Origin: an uncultured Saprospiraceae bacterium
GTDB lineage: Bacteria > Bacteroidota > Bacteroidia > Chitinophagales > Saprospiraceae
Length of the DNA stretch: 64,000 nt
Assembly: GCA_937928575.1 (NCBI GenBank)
Contig: CALFWW010000001.1
Coordinates: 2,281 to 66,280 of the forward strand
Direction: 5' to 3'
In this document: piece after piece, positions 26,298-35,550 of the stretch
How the letters are laid out: every line of letters begins with the position of its first letter
Numbering within the stretch: the first letter of the stretch is position 1
Notes under the pieces: model-generated
What the model saw: the letters and a program-made list of their open reading frames with translations, nothing else
Told to the model about the DNA's origin: nothing
The model's database searches: none
Translations under genes and position numbers: made by a program

Positions 26298-29200
26298 ATG
26301 AATTTTAAAAACCTAAACATAATATCCGCAGGAGCAGGTAGTGGAAAAACGTATAGACTGACCGAGGAAATGGTCAAGCTACTAAAAGGAGGCGTACGAC
26401 CAGGTGGTATTTTCGCCACTACGTTTACCAAAAAAGCAGCAGCAGAGTTGCAAGAGCGTGTGCGCGTTAAGTTACTGGAAAGTGGAATGTCGAAGGAAGC
26501 AGATGAATTGTCCAACGCGATGATTGGGACGGTCCATAGTCTGGGAGTGAAGTTATTACGTCGTTTTGCTTTTGAAGCAGGCGTATCTCCGCAAGTAGAT
26601 ATCATTGCCGATGAAGATCAGCAAATTATGTTCAACAACTCATTAGCGACGGTATTAATGCCAGATCGAGTAAAAGAGATGGAGCGATTGGCGGAGAAAT
26701 TTGGGATGAGTAAAGAAGGTCCAACTGCAGTCGACTGGCGAAAAGTAGTGAAAGATATAACAGATGTTGCACGTTCCAATGATTTTGACAAAAAGGAATT
26801 AGAGAAGAGTAGAGTCAATTCCATTGCTTCCTTTAAGAAATATTTAGGTCCAATATCTAAACGTTCTGCAAAATCACTCAACGAGTCTTTCAAAAATTTA
26901 ATTGATGAAACCATTGCTGAGTTAGTTGCTTTTGAAGAGGATACTACAAAGCGAACAGAAACAGTAGTTGTCCTACTAAAAAACTTTGCCTATTCCTTAA
27001 AACTAAAAGGGGATTTGAACTGGCATGAATGGGTGAAAATTTCAAAAGCAAAAGTAGGCGCTAAAAGTCGAGATCGTTTTGAAGGATTACAAGAATTTGC
27101 CGAAAAGGTAGATCAACATCCTGATTTTCATGCAGATATAGAAAACTTCATATCAGGTGTTTTCAAAATATCGATGGATGCAATTGAGGAGTATGATCGT
27201 TTTAAAAAACAACGCGGTCTCATCGATTATATCGACATGGAATTGAGTGTCAGCAAATTATTGAAACAACCTTCTGTCAAAGAAGTGATGGCAGAAGAGT
27301 TGGACCTTTTGATGGTGGATGAGTTTCAGGATACCAGCCCAATTCAACTAGAAATATTTTTACAACTTTCTCGCATTGCCAAGTATTCCGTTTGGGTGGG
27401 GGATCCTAAACAATCCATTTACGGATTTAGAGGAGCAGATCCCAAATTGATGAAAGCAATTATCGAAATGACGGGTGGCGTCAAAAAAGAAAACATTCAG
27501 AAATATTCTTGGCGTTCGAGAGAAGATATTGTGAATTCTGTCAATGCAATATTCGAAAATGCTTTTGAAGATTTACCAAAAGATCAAATCGTTTTAGAAC
27601 CAAAAAGAAAAATCATTGCAGATGATGAAAGTGCAAATCAGGTCAATGAACCAGAAGATATGGGGAGTGCAATTATGCATTGGCATTATATTTCCGATAC
27701 TGGAAAGGCGACCAATAAAGGATGGTTTCAAAATTGTATCGCAGATTCTGTAAAAAAATTAGTGGAACGAAAACCACTCGTATTTGAGAAAAATGGAAAT
27801 GATACACGGGAGCTGGTTCCGGGAGATATTGCGATCCTTTGTCGTTCCAATTTTGATTGCCAAGCAGTAGCAAAAGCATTGCACAATATAGGTCTGAAAG
27901 CAGCGATATCGAGAAGTGGATTGTTGAATACTGCAGAATCAAAATTGATATTAGCTTGTCTCAAATTTATTTTACAAAAATCAGATTCTTTATCCATTGC
28001 TGAAATTATATTGTTGGCAACGCCTGCTTCCATTGAGGAAATTATAGAAGATAGATTAGACTTTTTAAATCGTAAAGAACAAAGTTGGGATGATCCCAAA
28101 TGGGGAGATGACAATGCGATCATCGACCATTTAAATGAAATTCGGGAAGATGTTGTTGAATTATCAAGTGCTGAGATTTTAAATCTGGTATTAGAAGAAA
28201 TGGATCTGCGTCGGATCATTATGGCATGGGGTAGGGTAGACCAGCGAATGGCAAATGTGGATGCATTGCGAAAACTGGCGTTGCAATACGAAGAGGCGTG
28301 TAGTCGGTTGCATTCTGCGGCTTCATTGGGTGGTTTTTTGTTGTGGTTGAATGAATTGGAAATGCAAGACAAAGACATGCAAGGGTCTGGTGAAAATAAA
28401 GATACCGTCAATATTCTGACCTATCATCGAAGTAAAGGTCTGGAGTGGCCAGTCGTCATTTGCAATGCTTTGGAAGGTGCTTTGAGAGAGCGATTATTTG
28501 GAATCAACATTGTCTCCGAATCTGAAGAAATTGATATTGAAAACATTCTGGATAATCGTTGGATTCGGTATTGGATCAATCCATATGCAAAACAAATTGG
28601 GAGTACCAAGTTGCAAGAAAGAATGTCAACCAGTGAAGAAAAAATGGAAACAACAAGAGCGGCATTGGAAGAAGAAGCTCGGCTATTATATGTTGGATTA
28701 ACCAGAGCAAGAGATTACTTGGTATTTCCATCGAGAAGTACGCCAACCAAATGGTTGAATAGAATTTGCAATAAAGGAGATGAAAGTAAAAATGTATTGG
28801 ATGCCAATACCGGAGAATCCAATTGGAACTATAATGGCAAAACTATTTTGAAAGAAACAGAATTGCTCACACATCCACTAGCCTTTACCGTGGCCGAACC
28901 AGCTGCTGAGGATATCTACATTATTGAGCCAAGAGAAGGGAAGATGGGACACGTAGCTTATTATGCAGATCCACTTAATGAAGCGCATTGGCGGGCAGGA
29001 TTTAAAATAAGTCATAAGGTGGAGAACTTCTCTAATCCGATTCAATTTGATGCGGAAGAAAATCAGAGCTTGGCAAAAAAATGTGTAGCTACTTTTTTAG
29101 CAGGAGATGATTTGAATTATCACAATAGTGATCGTTTACAAATGTTGGAAGCAACGATGGATCGTTACAAGCTTAAAGAACATTTTGATATTAATTCCGT

Positions 29201-29576
29201 GATGGATTATGGAACTGCATTTTATAATTGGATTGATACTGATTTAGAAGGATTGGAGATTACAAGGTATTACCCAATTGAGGTTCAATTAGATGATCGG
29301 AAATTTGAAGGCACCATAGATTTCTTTATCAAGACTAAAACGGGTCATGCAATTATCATCAATAAGGATGTGGTTGCGGAGAAAGGAATTTCCAAAGAGC
29401 AAGTCAAATCAATTGGTGGTTTGTTTTACATCTATTCTAAAGCGATTAATGAATTATTTGGACCTGGTAGAATTCGGATGTTTTGTCATCAATTGATGCG
29501 TGGGGAATTGGTAGAAATTGAAATGGCTTTGGATGGTGTTCCTGCTCAGGGAATGCAAGGGATGTTAGATTTATAA
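26298..29576 (+). CDS. UvrD/AddA-like superfamily 1 helicase with C-terminal RecB-nuclease-like region
   Basis: Motifs: GAGSGKTY (Walker A), VDEFQDTS (motif II), VGDPKQSIYGFRGAD, TYHRSKGLEWP, LLYVGLTRARDYL. The C-terminus reads GTIDFF...IIINKD. The ATG at 26298 is preferred over 26256. Confidence 0.85.
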   Translation: MNFKNLNIISAGAGSGKTYRLTEEMVKLLKGGVRPGGIFATTFTKKAAAELQERVRVKLLESGMSKEADELSNAMIGTVHSLGVKLLRRFAFEAGVSPQVDIIADEDQQIMFNNSLATVLMPDRVKEMERLAEKFGMSKEGPTAVDWRKVVKDITDVARSNDFDKKELEKSRVNSIASFKKYLGPISKRSAKSLNESFKNLIDETIAELVAFEEDTTKRTETVVVLLKNFAYSLKLKGDLNWHEWVKISKAKVGAKSRDRFEGLQEFAEKVDQHPDFHADIENFISGVFKISMDAIEEYDRFKKQRGLIDYIDMELSVSKLLKQPSVKEVMAEELDLLMVDEFQDTSPIQLEIFLQLSRIAKYSVWVGDPKQSIYGFRGADPKLMKAIIEMTGGVKKENIQKYSWRSREDIVNSVNAIFENAFEDLPKDQIVLEPKRKIIADDESANQVNEPEDMGSAIMHWHYISDTGKATNKGWFQNCIADSVKKLVERKPLVFEKNGNDTRELVPGDIAILCRSNFDCQAVAKALHNIGLKAAISRSGLLNTAESKLILACLKFILQKSDSLSIAEIILLATPASIEEIIEDRLDFLNRKEQSWDDPKWGDDNAIIDHLNEIREDVVELSSAEILNLVLEEMDLRRIIMAWGRVDQRMANVDALRKLALQYEEACSRLHSAASLGGFLLWLNELEMQDKDMQGSGENKDTVNILTYHRSKGLEWPVVICNALEGALRERLFGINIVSESEEIDIENILDNRWIRYWINPYAKQIGSTKLQERMSTSEEKMETTRAALEEEARLLYVGLTRARDYLVFPSRSTPTKWLNRICNKGDESKNVLDANTGESNWNYNGKTILKETELLTHPLAFTVAEPAAEDIYIIEPREGKMGHVAYYADPLNEAHWRAGFKISHKVENFSNPIQFDAEENQSLAKKCVATFLAGDDLNYHNSDRLQMLEATMDRYKLKEHFDINSVMDYGTAFYNWIDTDLEGLEITRYYPIEVQLDDRKFEGTIDFFIKTKTGHAIIINKDVVAEKGISKEQVKSIGGLFYIYSKAINELFGPGRIRMFCHQLMRGELVEIEMALDGVPAQGMQGMLDL

Positions 29577-29589
29577 TGGATAAAAAAAA

Positions 29590-29613
29590 CCCGAACAGTG
29601 AAAACTGTTCGGG
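29590..29613. terminator. Bidirectional hairpin terminator between convergent genes
   Basis: cccgaacagt-gaaa-actgttcggg is a 10-bp perfect stem, flanked by an A-run upstream and a T-rich stretch downstream. Confidence 0.7.
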
Positions 29614-29639
29614 TGAAAATTTCTTTTTATTCTGTGTGC

Positions 29640-30395
29640 TTAGAATTTCAAGTATCTGTCGATCAAACCTGCAGCCCAATCTTTTCCTCCTAACCCGAAA
29701 GCAAGAGATAAAGCAAGACCAAGTGAACCTAATACGATACCCACTAAAGTTTCGATGATACCACCGCCTATTCCAAGTGTACTTAATACAATTGAAAAAA
29801 CGAAGAACATTACTGCGAAGTTTGCTGCTTTACCGAAAGTTTCAGCATTTGCAACACCTCCAGATTTTAATGCACCTACAACGATACCAGAAACCATTTC
29901 AGCAATATACATTCCAACTACTACCAAGACACATGCGATAATAATTTTAGGGATGTACATGACAACTTGATTGAAAAGATCTGAAACTTGCTCAATACCT
30001 AGTTTGTTAAAAAATAGGTTTAAGACGGTCAACATGATCATCCAATAAACTAAAGTCGATGCTAATCCAGTACTACCTTTCTTGATACCACCTTGCTGTA
30101 AGTACTTATTAATACCTACTTTGTCAGTGATTCCATCAAAATTGATAGTTTTTAATATCTTCTGGACCGCCCATTTTACCATTTTAGCTACAATCCATCC
30201 TACGATAAGGATAATGAGTGCGCTGATTACAGTTGGTGCACCTTCCGCGAAAGTGTTTAACATGCTTCTAACAGCACCCATTGCAGCACCAGCTCCCTCA
30301 GAAGCTGCATTCATTGCGCCCTGAGCAGCGTTACGTTGCATGCTAAAATCTGAAAAATTTGCTTGAAAAAAGTTAACTACATTCATAGCTTCCAT
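29640..30395 (-). CDS. Membrane protein with repeated conserved TM helices (mechanosensitive-channel-associated TM_helix type)
   Basis: 251 aa with about 5 TM segments. IILIVGWIVAKMVKWAVQKILK is similar to the conserved TM-helix repeat. Confidence 0.45.
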   Translation of the reverse strand: MEAMNVVNFFQANFSDFSMQRNAAQGAMNAASEGAGAAMGAVRSMLNTFAEGAPTVISALIILIVGWIVAKMVKWAVQKILKTINFDGITDKVGINKYLQQGGIKKGSTGLASTLVYWMIMLTVLNLFFNKLGIEQVSDLFNQVVMYIPKIIIACVLVVVGMYIAEMVSGIVVGALKSGGVANAETFGKAANFAVMFFVFSIVLSTLGIGGGIIETLVGIVLGSLGLALSLAFGLGGKDWAAGLIDRYLKF

Positions 30396-30527
30396 ACTAG
30401 TTTGTCAATTTTTAATTAAGAAAATGAAAAAATCATCAAAAACACCTATTTTGACGTCATGAATGTCACAAAGTAACAAAATTATTAACAGAAATTTAAC
30501 GCCAATACAAAATTAAATTTTTATAAT

Positions 30528-31292
30528 ATGAAATTTTTATTCAAGGTTTTACCTACTCTTTTGCTAATATTATTAATTGCCTTAATTTATTTCGGAGGAA
30601 AAAGTATAGTCACTTTTGTCAACGAAAATCCAGAGGCTTATGCAGCCACGTTTGTCACAGAAAATGCGCAGAAAGACCGCGATAACGAAACATATTCCGC
30701 TGAGGAAACGTTAAGCGATGTCAATGAAAAAGACTTTAATTCCCAAATAAATAAGAAGGAAAAAATTGAAAAAGATGATTTTATCGAAGGCCTGGGAGAT
30801 GATTCAGAGTTTGATGAAGATTTTGTCGAGGGAGAAACAGACAATCCTGAAGCCACTTTGGATGCTGAATTAGAAGGTAAAAGTAGCAACCAATTAATTG
30901 CTGCGAATGATGAAAAACCAAGAAAAGTCTCGAAGAAAAAAGCAGCACCTTCAACATCAAAAAAAGAAAGTGTAGAAAAAAAGACAAATGAAAAACCATC
31001 TAATGATGATTTAACCGTTAAGGGTGATGTTCCAAAAGCCTATAATAAAATAGGAAGCGAACAATTTATGGTGATTGCAGGTTCTTTCAAAAGCAAAGAC
31101 AATGCGAATATCTTTATAGATGATTTAGAGAAGAAAGGAATAAAGGATATTGAAATTATTGAAATGAAAAGTAAAAATTTGAACCGGGTTTGCATTTCAA
31201 GACACGCTTCCTATGAAAATGCTAAGCAGGTCATAAATCAATTAAAAAAAGTATACAACGTGGATGCCTATGTCCACCGAAAAGCGAACTAA
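30528..31292 (+). CDS. SPOR domain protein (membrane anchored, acidic linker)
   Basis: 254 aa with an N-terminal TM segment and a low-complexity E/D/K linker. The C-terminal stretch FMVIAGSFKSKDNANIFIDDLEKKG...YV is SPOR-like. Confidence 0.7.
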   Translation: MKFLFKVLPTLLLILLIALIYFGGKSIVTFVNENPEAYAATFVTENAQKDRDNETYSAEETLSDVNEKDFNSQINKKEKIEKDDFIEGLGDDSEFDEDFVEGETDNPEATLDAELEGKSSNQLIAANDEKPRKVSKKKAAPSTSKKESVEKKTNEKPSNDDLTVKGDVPKAYNKIGSEQFMVIAGSFKSKDNANIFIDDLEKKGIKDIEIIEMKSKNLNRVCISRHASYENAKQVINQLKKVYNVDAYVHRKAN

Positions 31293-31332
31293 CTTTGACA
31301 ACTAAATTTTTAACACTATAATTAACAACACT

Positions 31333-31989
31333 ATGAGCAAGATTTGGAAGTACTTAATTTATGCACTGGTTGCAGTATTTGCATTTTCCTGGTTCAAAAT
31401 TGTTTTGGACGCTGGAAAAACAACAGAACAGTCATTGACAGAAAAAGCACAATCTTTAAAGGAAAAAGCAGCCGATGCTACCGCGGATTTGATGCCGGGT
31501 GAAGACGAGGAAGACGAAGAAGATGACAAAGATTTTGGAGATGGAGAAGATGACCTGGATGAGGATGAATTGGATGAGGATGAAATTTTGGCTGAAGATT
31601 GGGACGAAGAAACGGAGACGGAAGAAGATGAAGATTTGGCTGGTGTAGAAACAACGGCTAAGGGTGAGATGAAAAATTATGAAAAACCGGAAGCTAAGAA
31701 AGCCTCAGCAAGTACTGCAACTACCGCAAGTGCAGTAACAACAAGCAGCAATGGTAGATTTTTAGTAATTGGCGGTTCTTTTTCTTCAAAAGGAAATGCT
31801 AAAACCTTTGTCAATCAGTTGGAAAAACTTGGATATGAAGATGCGGAAATAGTTGTTTTCGATAAAGCCAAAAAATATCACACAGTGAGTGTCGCTCGTT
31901 TTGATTCTAAAACAGATGCCTCCAAATTAGTGGGTGCACTAAAAGGTAAAGGAATACAGGATGCTTATGTCCATAAAAAAAGGGGTTAA
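31333..31989 (+). CDS. SPOR domain protein (membrane anchored, poly-acidic linker)
   Basis: 218 aa with an N-terminal TM segment and a DEED-rich linker. The C-terminal stretch FLVIGGSFSSKGNAKTFVNQLEKLG...YV is SPOR-like. Confidence 0.7.
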   Translation: MSKIWKYLIYALVAVFAFSWFKIVLDAGKTTEQSLTEKAQSLKEKAADATADLMPGEDEEDEEDDKDFGDGEDDLDEDELDEDEILAEDWDEETETEEDEDLAGVETTAKGEMKNYEKPEAKKASASTATTASAVTTSSNGRFLVIGGSFSSKGNAKTFVNQLEKLGYEDAEIVVFDKAKKYHTVSVARFDSKTDASKLVGALKGKGIQDAYVHKKRG

Positions 31990-32004
31990 ACACCCCTTTT
32001 CTTT
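31974..32004. terminator. Bidirectional hairpin between convergent genes
   Basis: aaaagggg (31978-31985) pairs with cccctttt (31993-32000). It overlaps the stop codon of the SPOR gene. Confidence 0.5.
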
Positions 32005-32007
32005 CTC

Positions 32008-32313
32008 CTATTTTTCAAATTTCGATTGCCAGTCAATCACTCCACCCAACACATTCCGAACATTTTTGAAGCCAGCTTCTACCATCAGTTGCTTGGCCAT
32101 ACCACTTCTTTGTCCAGATCGACAATGGATAATCACTTCTATTTCTTTGTAACCATCTAGATCATCCATTGCACTCATCAACTCTCCAAGGGGAATCAAT
32201 TTTGCACCGAGATTGAATTCGTCATACTCATGTTGTTCTCTGACATCCAGAAATAAATACTCATCATGACTACTCAATTTTTGTTTTAATTCTTCGACTG
32301 TAATATCGTTCAT
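32008..32313 (-). CDS. Rhodanese-like sulfurtransferase domain protein
   Basis: 101 aa with the active-site loop HCRSGQRS. Confidence 0.85.
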   Translation of the reverse strand: MNDITVEELKQKLSSHDEYLFLDVREQHEYDEFNLGAKLIPLGELMSAMDDLDGYKEIEVIIHCRSGQRSGMAKQLMVEAGFKNVRNVLGGVIDWQSKFEK

Positions 32314-32337
32314 CGTTACTTTAATTTTATTTAATAA

Positions 32338-34515
32338 TTATTTGACTACAATAAAGCGTTTGGCAATCGTACCAACTGCCGGATCATTTAATTGTAAGAA
32401 ATACATACCGTTCAACAATTCAGAAGTATCAATGGTTCCAGCTAAAATTCCTTTTTTAATTACACGACCATTCGCATCCAAGATTTGATAATCCAATTCC
32501 GAAGTACTTAAATTTTCAACATTCAAAATATTAGAGGCAGGGTTGGGAAACACAATAATTTCATCGGAAAGACTACTTACTTCAGTGACCGGTGTATTAT
32601 AAGGTGTCACATCACCCAACACTGCTCTTACCATTATCGCTCCATCTACCAATCCACCTGGTCCGACTGGTGTCCAATCCGATGCAGCACTATAGAATCC
32701 ATATTGAGAAGCTCTAAGATTATTTTTGTCCAATCCTACAGGAATTGCATTTTCAGTGTTCGTAACTTGTTGCCATCCGACATAAAAATTACCTTCTGGT
32801 ATAAAGAGTGGAGTAGGATTGCCATCAAAATCTAACAAAGCGTAATTGGTAAACCCTTGTAGTGAATCATAATCTGAATCCACAAAATAAGGGGTTTGAA
32901 AAATCAACTCGTATTCCGGGTCTGTATCTAATTCTCCAACATATACTTGTACATTCAACAATTGCGTTTCTGTCCCATTTTGAATTCTTGGAAAATGAAA
33001 TTGCACCCCTCTTAACGAGTCTGCTACATTAGCATGAAATTGTACAGCGATTCTATCACCTGCATTTGGAGCGACCAATGCGGCTTCAGCAGAGCCATCA
33101 TCGTGCGCAAAATAATTGGCAAAATTTGTCAATCTCCTGACCGTATCATTTCTCATTAGACCATCTGCACCATCTTGTTCGTTTCCGACATTATACGCAT
33201 ACGTAGTTTCGAATGTTAAATCAGCTGCACCAGAAAAACTACTTTCCAAATTATCCTGAAGCACAGAAAAGATACTATTCGGAATTGTTTTGTTAAATTC
33301 AATAGTCTGATTACCAGGAATGTTGAATTCACTTCCATCCAACAATACAAAATCAGCTACTTCAATTCCGGTAGTTAATTCTGTGATGTTTAATTTAGTG
33401 TTTTGTATATCATTTTCATTTGTAAAGTGATTGGCGATATTGACATCATAATTTGCCGTTGTTTCTTCCACCACATTGTTTTCAAAATGTTTCCACGGCA
33501 TTGAAGTATATCTATCCAAAAAAGTAGTTGGAATCATCGTAAAAGCAATGTCATCATAAAACCCATTTAAAGTTTGTGTTGCCGATACAGAAACATAATC
33601 AACATGCCACAATTCAATCGCACCTTGTCTTCTGGAATAATTTTTAAAACGTAATTGGAAACCATTGTGGAAAAAATTAGGTTCCGTCAATTCTCTTGTT
33701 ATTGGAAGAAATCCATCAGGAACAGTTGAAATAACGGTCGGTTGAAAAAGCACGATTTCCTCCCAAGACCCATCCATCAATTTCGCTTCGACTATTAATG
33801 TATCTCCATTTAAAGGTCCGATTCCAAACCCTTTTTCCTGAACATGAAAACCCAAATAAACGGTACTGCCAGCAGAAAAATTACTAAGATCAATAAAGTT
33901 GGTAGTTAACTGATCCGATAATCCAAAACCACCACCATAAGGACTTCCCGTATAATCAATCCCATCAAAAGTCGCAAAACCTACAGATGGTGGATTATTC
34001 GCAAATGTATTGTTGATAAAAACATCGCGGTCCAACCATAATGATGCATCAGGATAAGGTCCATCATAAGAAAAGTCATCAAAAAATGGATTGTTGGCAT
34101 TTAGTGCAAAAGGTGTTCTTGTTTCAAATGGGTAAGTATATAACTCACAATCTCCGTTGTCGTTGCAAATTTCTATACAGATATCATCGATTACTTTGTC
34201 ATTGCCCATATCAGAAGTATAGGTCAAACAAATATTATTCAACAAAACACTTCCAAAGCTAGAAGTCCCGCAATTAACGCAATTGATGCTTCCAAAAAAT
34301 CCATTAATCATAGTCGTGTCTACACAAACGACAGCAACCCCACCTTCTGGAACGAAAGTAGTAGGCATTTGGTCCCCACTTCTGAATGATAGCGGCGTAT
34401 GATTGGCGCTGTAATTTTGTAAAACAGGATTCCCCAAAATGGGAACTTCAATTAACTGTGCTTTCAAGGAAAAACAAAAAAGGCAAATTAAAAGAAAGGT
34501 AGAAATAGGACGCAT
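32338..34515 (-). CDS. Secreted protein with T9SS C-terminal sorting domain (function unknown)
   Basis: 725 aa with a signal peptide (FLLICLFCFSLKAQ). The C-terminus (IVFPNPASNILNVENL...GMYFLQLND...KRFIVVK) is typical of a Por/T9SS CTD. Confidence 0.75.
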   Translation of the reverse strand: MRPISTFLLICLFCFSLKAQLIEVPILGNPVLQNYSANHTPLSFRSGDQMPTTFVPEGGVAVVCVDTTMINGFFGSINCVNCGTSSFGSVLLNNICLTYTSDMGNDKVIDDICIEICNDNGDCELYTYPFETRTPFALNANNPFFDDFSYDGPYPDASLWLDRDVFINNTFANNPPSVGFATFDGIDYTGSPYGGGFGLSDQLTTNFIDLSNFSAGSTVYLGFHVQEKGFGIGPLNGDTLIVEAKLMDGSWEEIVLFQPTVISTVPDGFLPITRELTEPNFFHNGFQLRFKNYSRRQGAIELWHVDYVSVSATQTLNGFYDDIAFTMIPTTFLDRYTSMPWKHFENNVVEETTANYDVNIANHFTNENDIQNTKLNITELTTGIEVADFVLLDGSEFNIPGNQTIEFNKTIPNSIFSVLQDNLESSFSGAADLTFETTYAYNVGNEQDGADGLMRNDTVRRLTNFANYFAHDDGSAEAALVAPNAGDRIAVQFHANVADSLRGVQFHFPRIQNGTETQLLNVQVYVGELDTDPEYELIFQTPYFVDSDYDSLQGFTNYALLDFDGNPTPLFIPEGNFYVGWQQVTNTENAIPVGLDKNNLRASQYGFYSAASDWTPVGPGGLVDGAIMVRAVLGDVTPYNTPVTEVSSLSDEIIVFPNPASNILNVENLSTSELDYQILDANGRVIKKGILAGTIDTSELLNGMYFLQLNDPAVGTIAKRFIVVK

Positions 34516-34611
34516 AAAGCTATTTTTGGAAATTAATGAACGTTTGACATATTGAAAAACGTATGGCTTATTAGAATGTTGCTAATTAACTTTGTCAAGG
34601 AATAGTCAGAT

Positions 34612-35550
34612 TTACCCGTTTTCGAGATCATCTGTGTCATTACTTATCTGACCAGCATCTGATTCATCTCTTGCGCTAGGTTTTTCGACTGGTTTTTCTT
34701 CTATCAAATCAATATCATAATCGTCTCCCGCACAACCAGCAGGTCTTTTTTGAGTCAAATAAAGTTGGACTTCATCCCCTACTTGCATCGTTGCATTTTG
34801 TGAATAGCGAGGCACTTGGCGTAATATATAAGCACTACCACGATTGGTGACGGATGGATCATCGATTACAGAACCGACATTTAAGTTGTAATTATTGATG
34901 ATGAATTCAGCTTCTGTAAATTTCTTGCAACTCAAATCTGGTACAGCAACAGTCGTACTCATTCGTTCAGATAATACGAATTCAACTTCAGTTCCCATTT
35001 CAGCATACACTCCAGCTTCAAGCGTACTGGTTACATTTTTATCTTTGTACCAAACTTCAAGAATGGTATTTTCTGCTAGTTTACTTCTGAATTTTTTACT
35101 TTTTATCTTTGTACTGATCCCTAATCTTTTCAACTTTCTTTGATATTGAAAATAGTCATCATTCCCTCCCGCTAAGTCAGGTAGTAATTTTTCGTCAGGA
35201 TCACTTTTGGAGATGGTCACATATACAGTTCTGTTTTCTTTTACCATTGCGTTGGCTTTCGGATCTTGTTCTAACACAACATTTGCTTTTTTGCCCAACA
35301 AGAAAATACTATCTACAATTGACATAGTAAAACTACGATCTTCTGCCATCTGTCTGGCATCATTATAATCCAACCCAACATAGTCATGCACTTCATATTC
35401 CTCATTATGATTGGTATACCATTTCATCCACATGGACAAAAGGAAAAGACAGATACCAACGAACATTGAGATACCAATAAAATTGCGTATAAAAATTCCA
35501 CTTGTTAAAAAGCAGTAAATTTCTCTACCAACATTTCTAAGCTTTGACAT
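34612..35550 (-). CDS. Membrane-anchored PASTA-domain-like protein
   Basis: 312 aa with one N-terminal TM segment followed by repeated beta-rich modules. It overlaps the upstream ddl-like gene by 14 nt, an arrangement I recall as PASTA protein next to ddl in Bacteroidota. Confidence 0.5.
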   Translation of the reverse strand: MSKLRNVGREIYCFLTSGIFIRNFIGISMFVGICLFLLSMWMKWYTNHNEEYEVHDYVGLDYNDARQMAEDRSFTMSIVDSIFLLGKKANVVLEQDPKANAMVKENRTVYVTISKSDPDEKLLPDLAGGNDDYFQYQRKLKRLGISTKIKSKKFRSKLAENTILEVWYKDKNVTSTLEAGVYAEMGTEVEFVLSERMSTTVAVPDLSCKKFTEAEFIINNYNLNVGSVIDDPSVTNRGSAYILRQVPRYSQNATMQVGDEVQLYLTQKRPAGCAGDDYDIDLIEEKPVEKPSARDESDAGQISNDTDDLENG

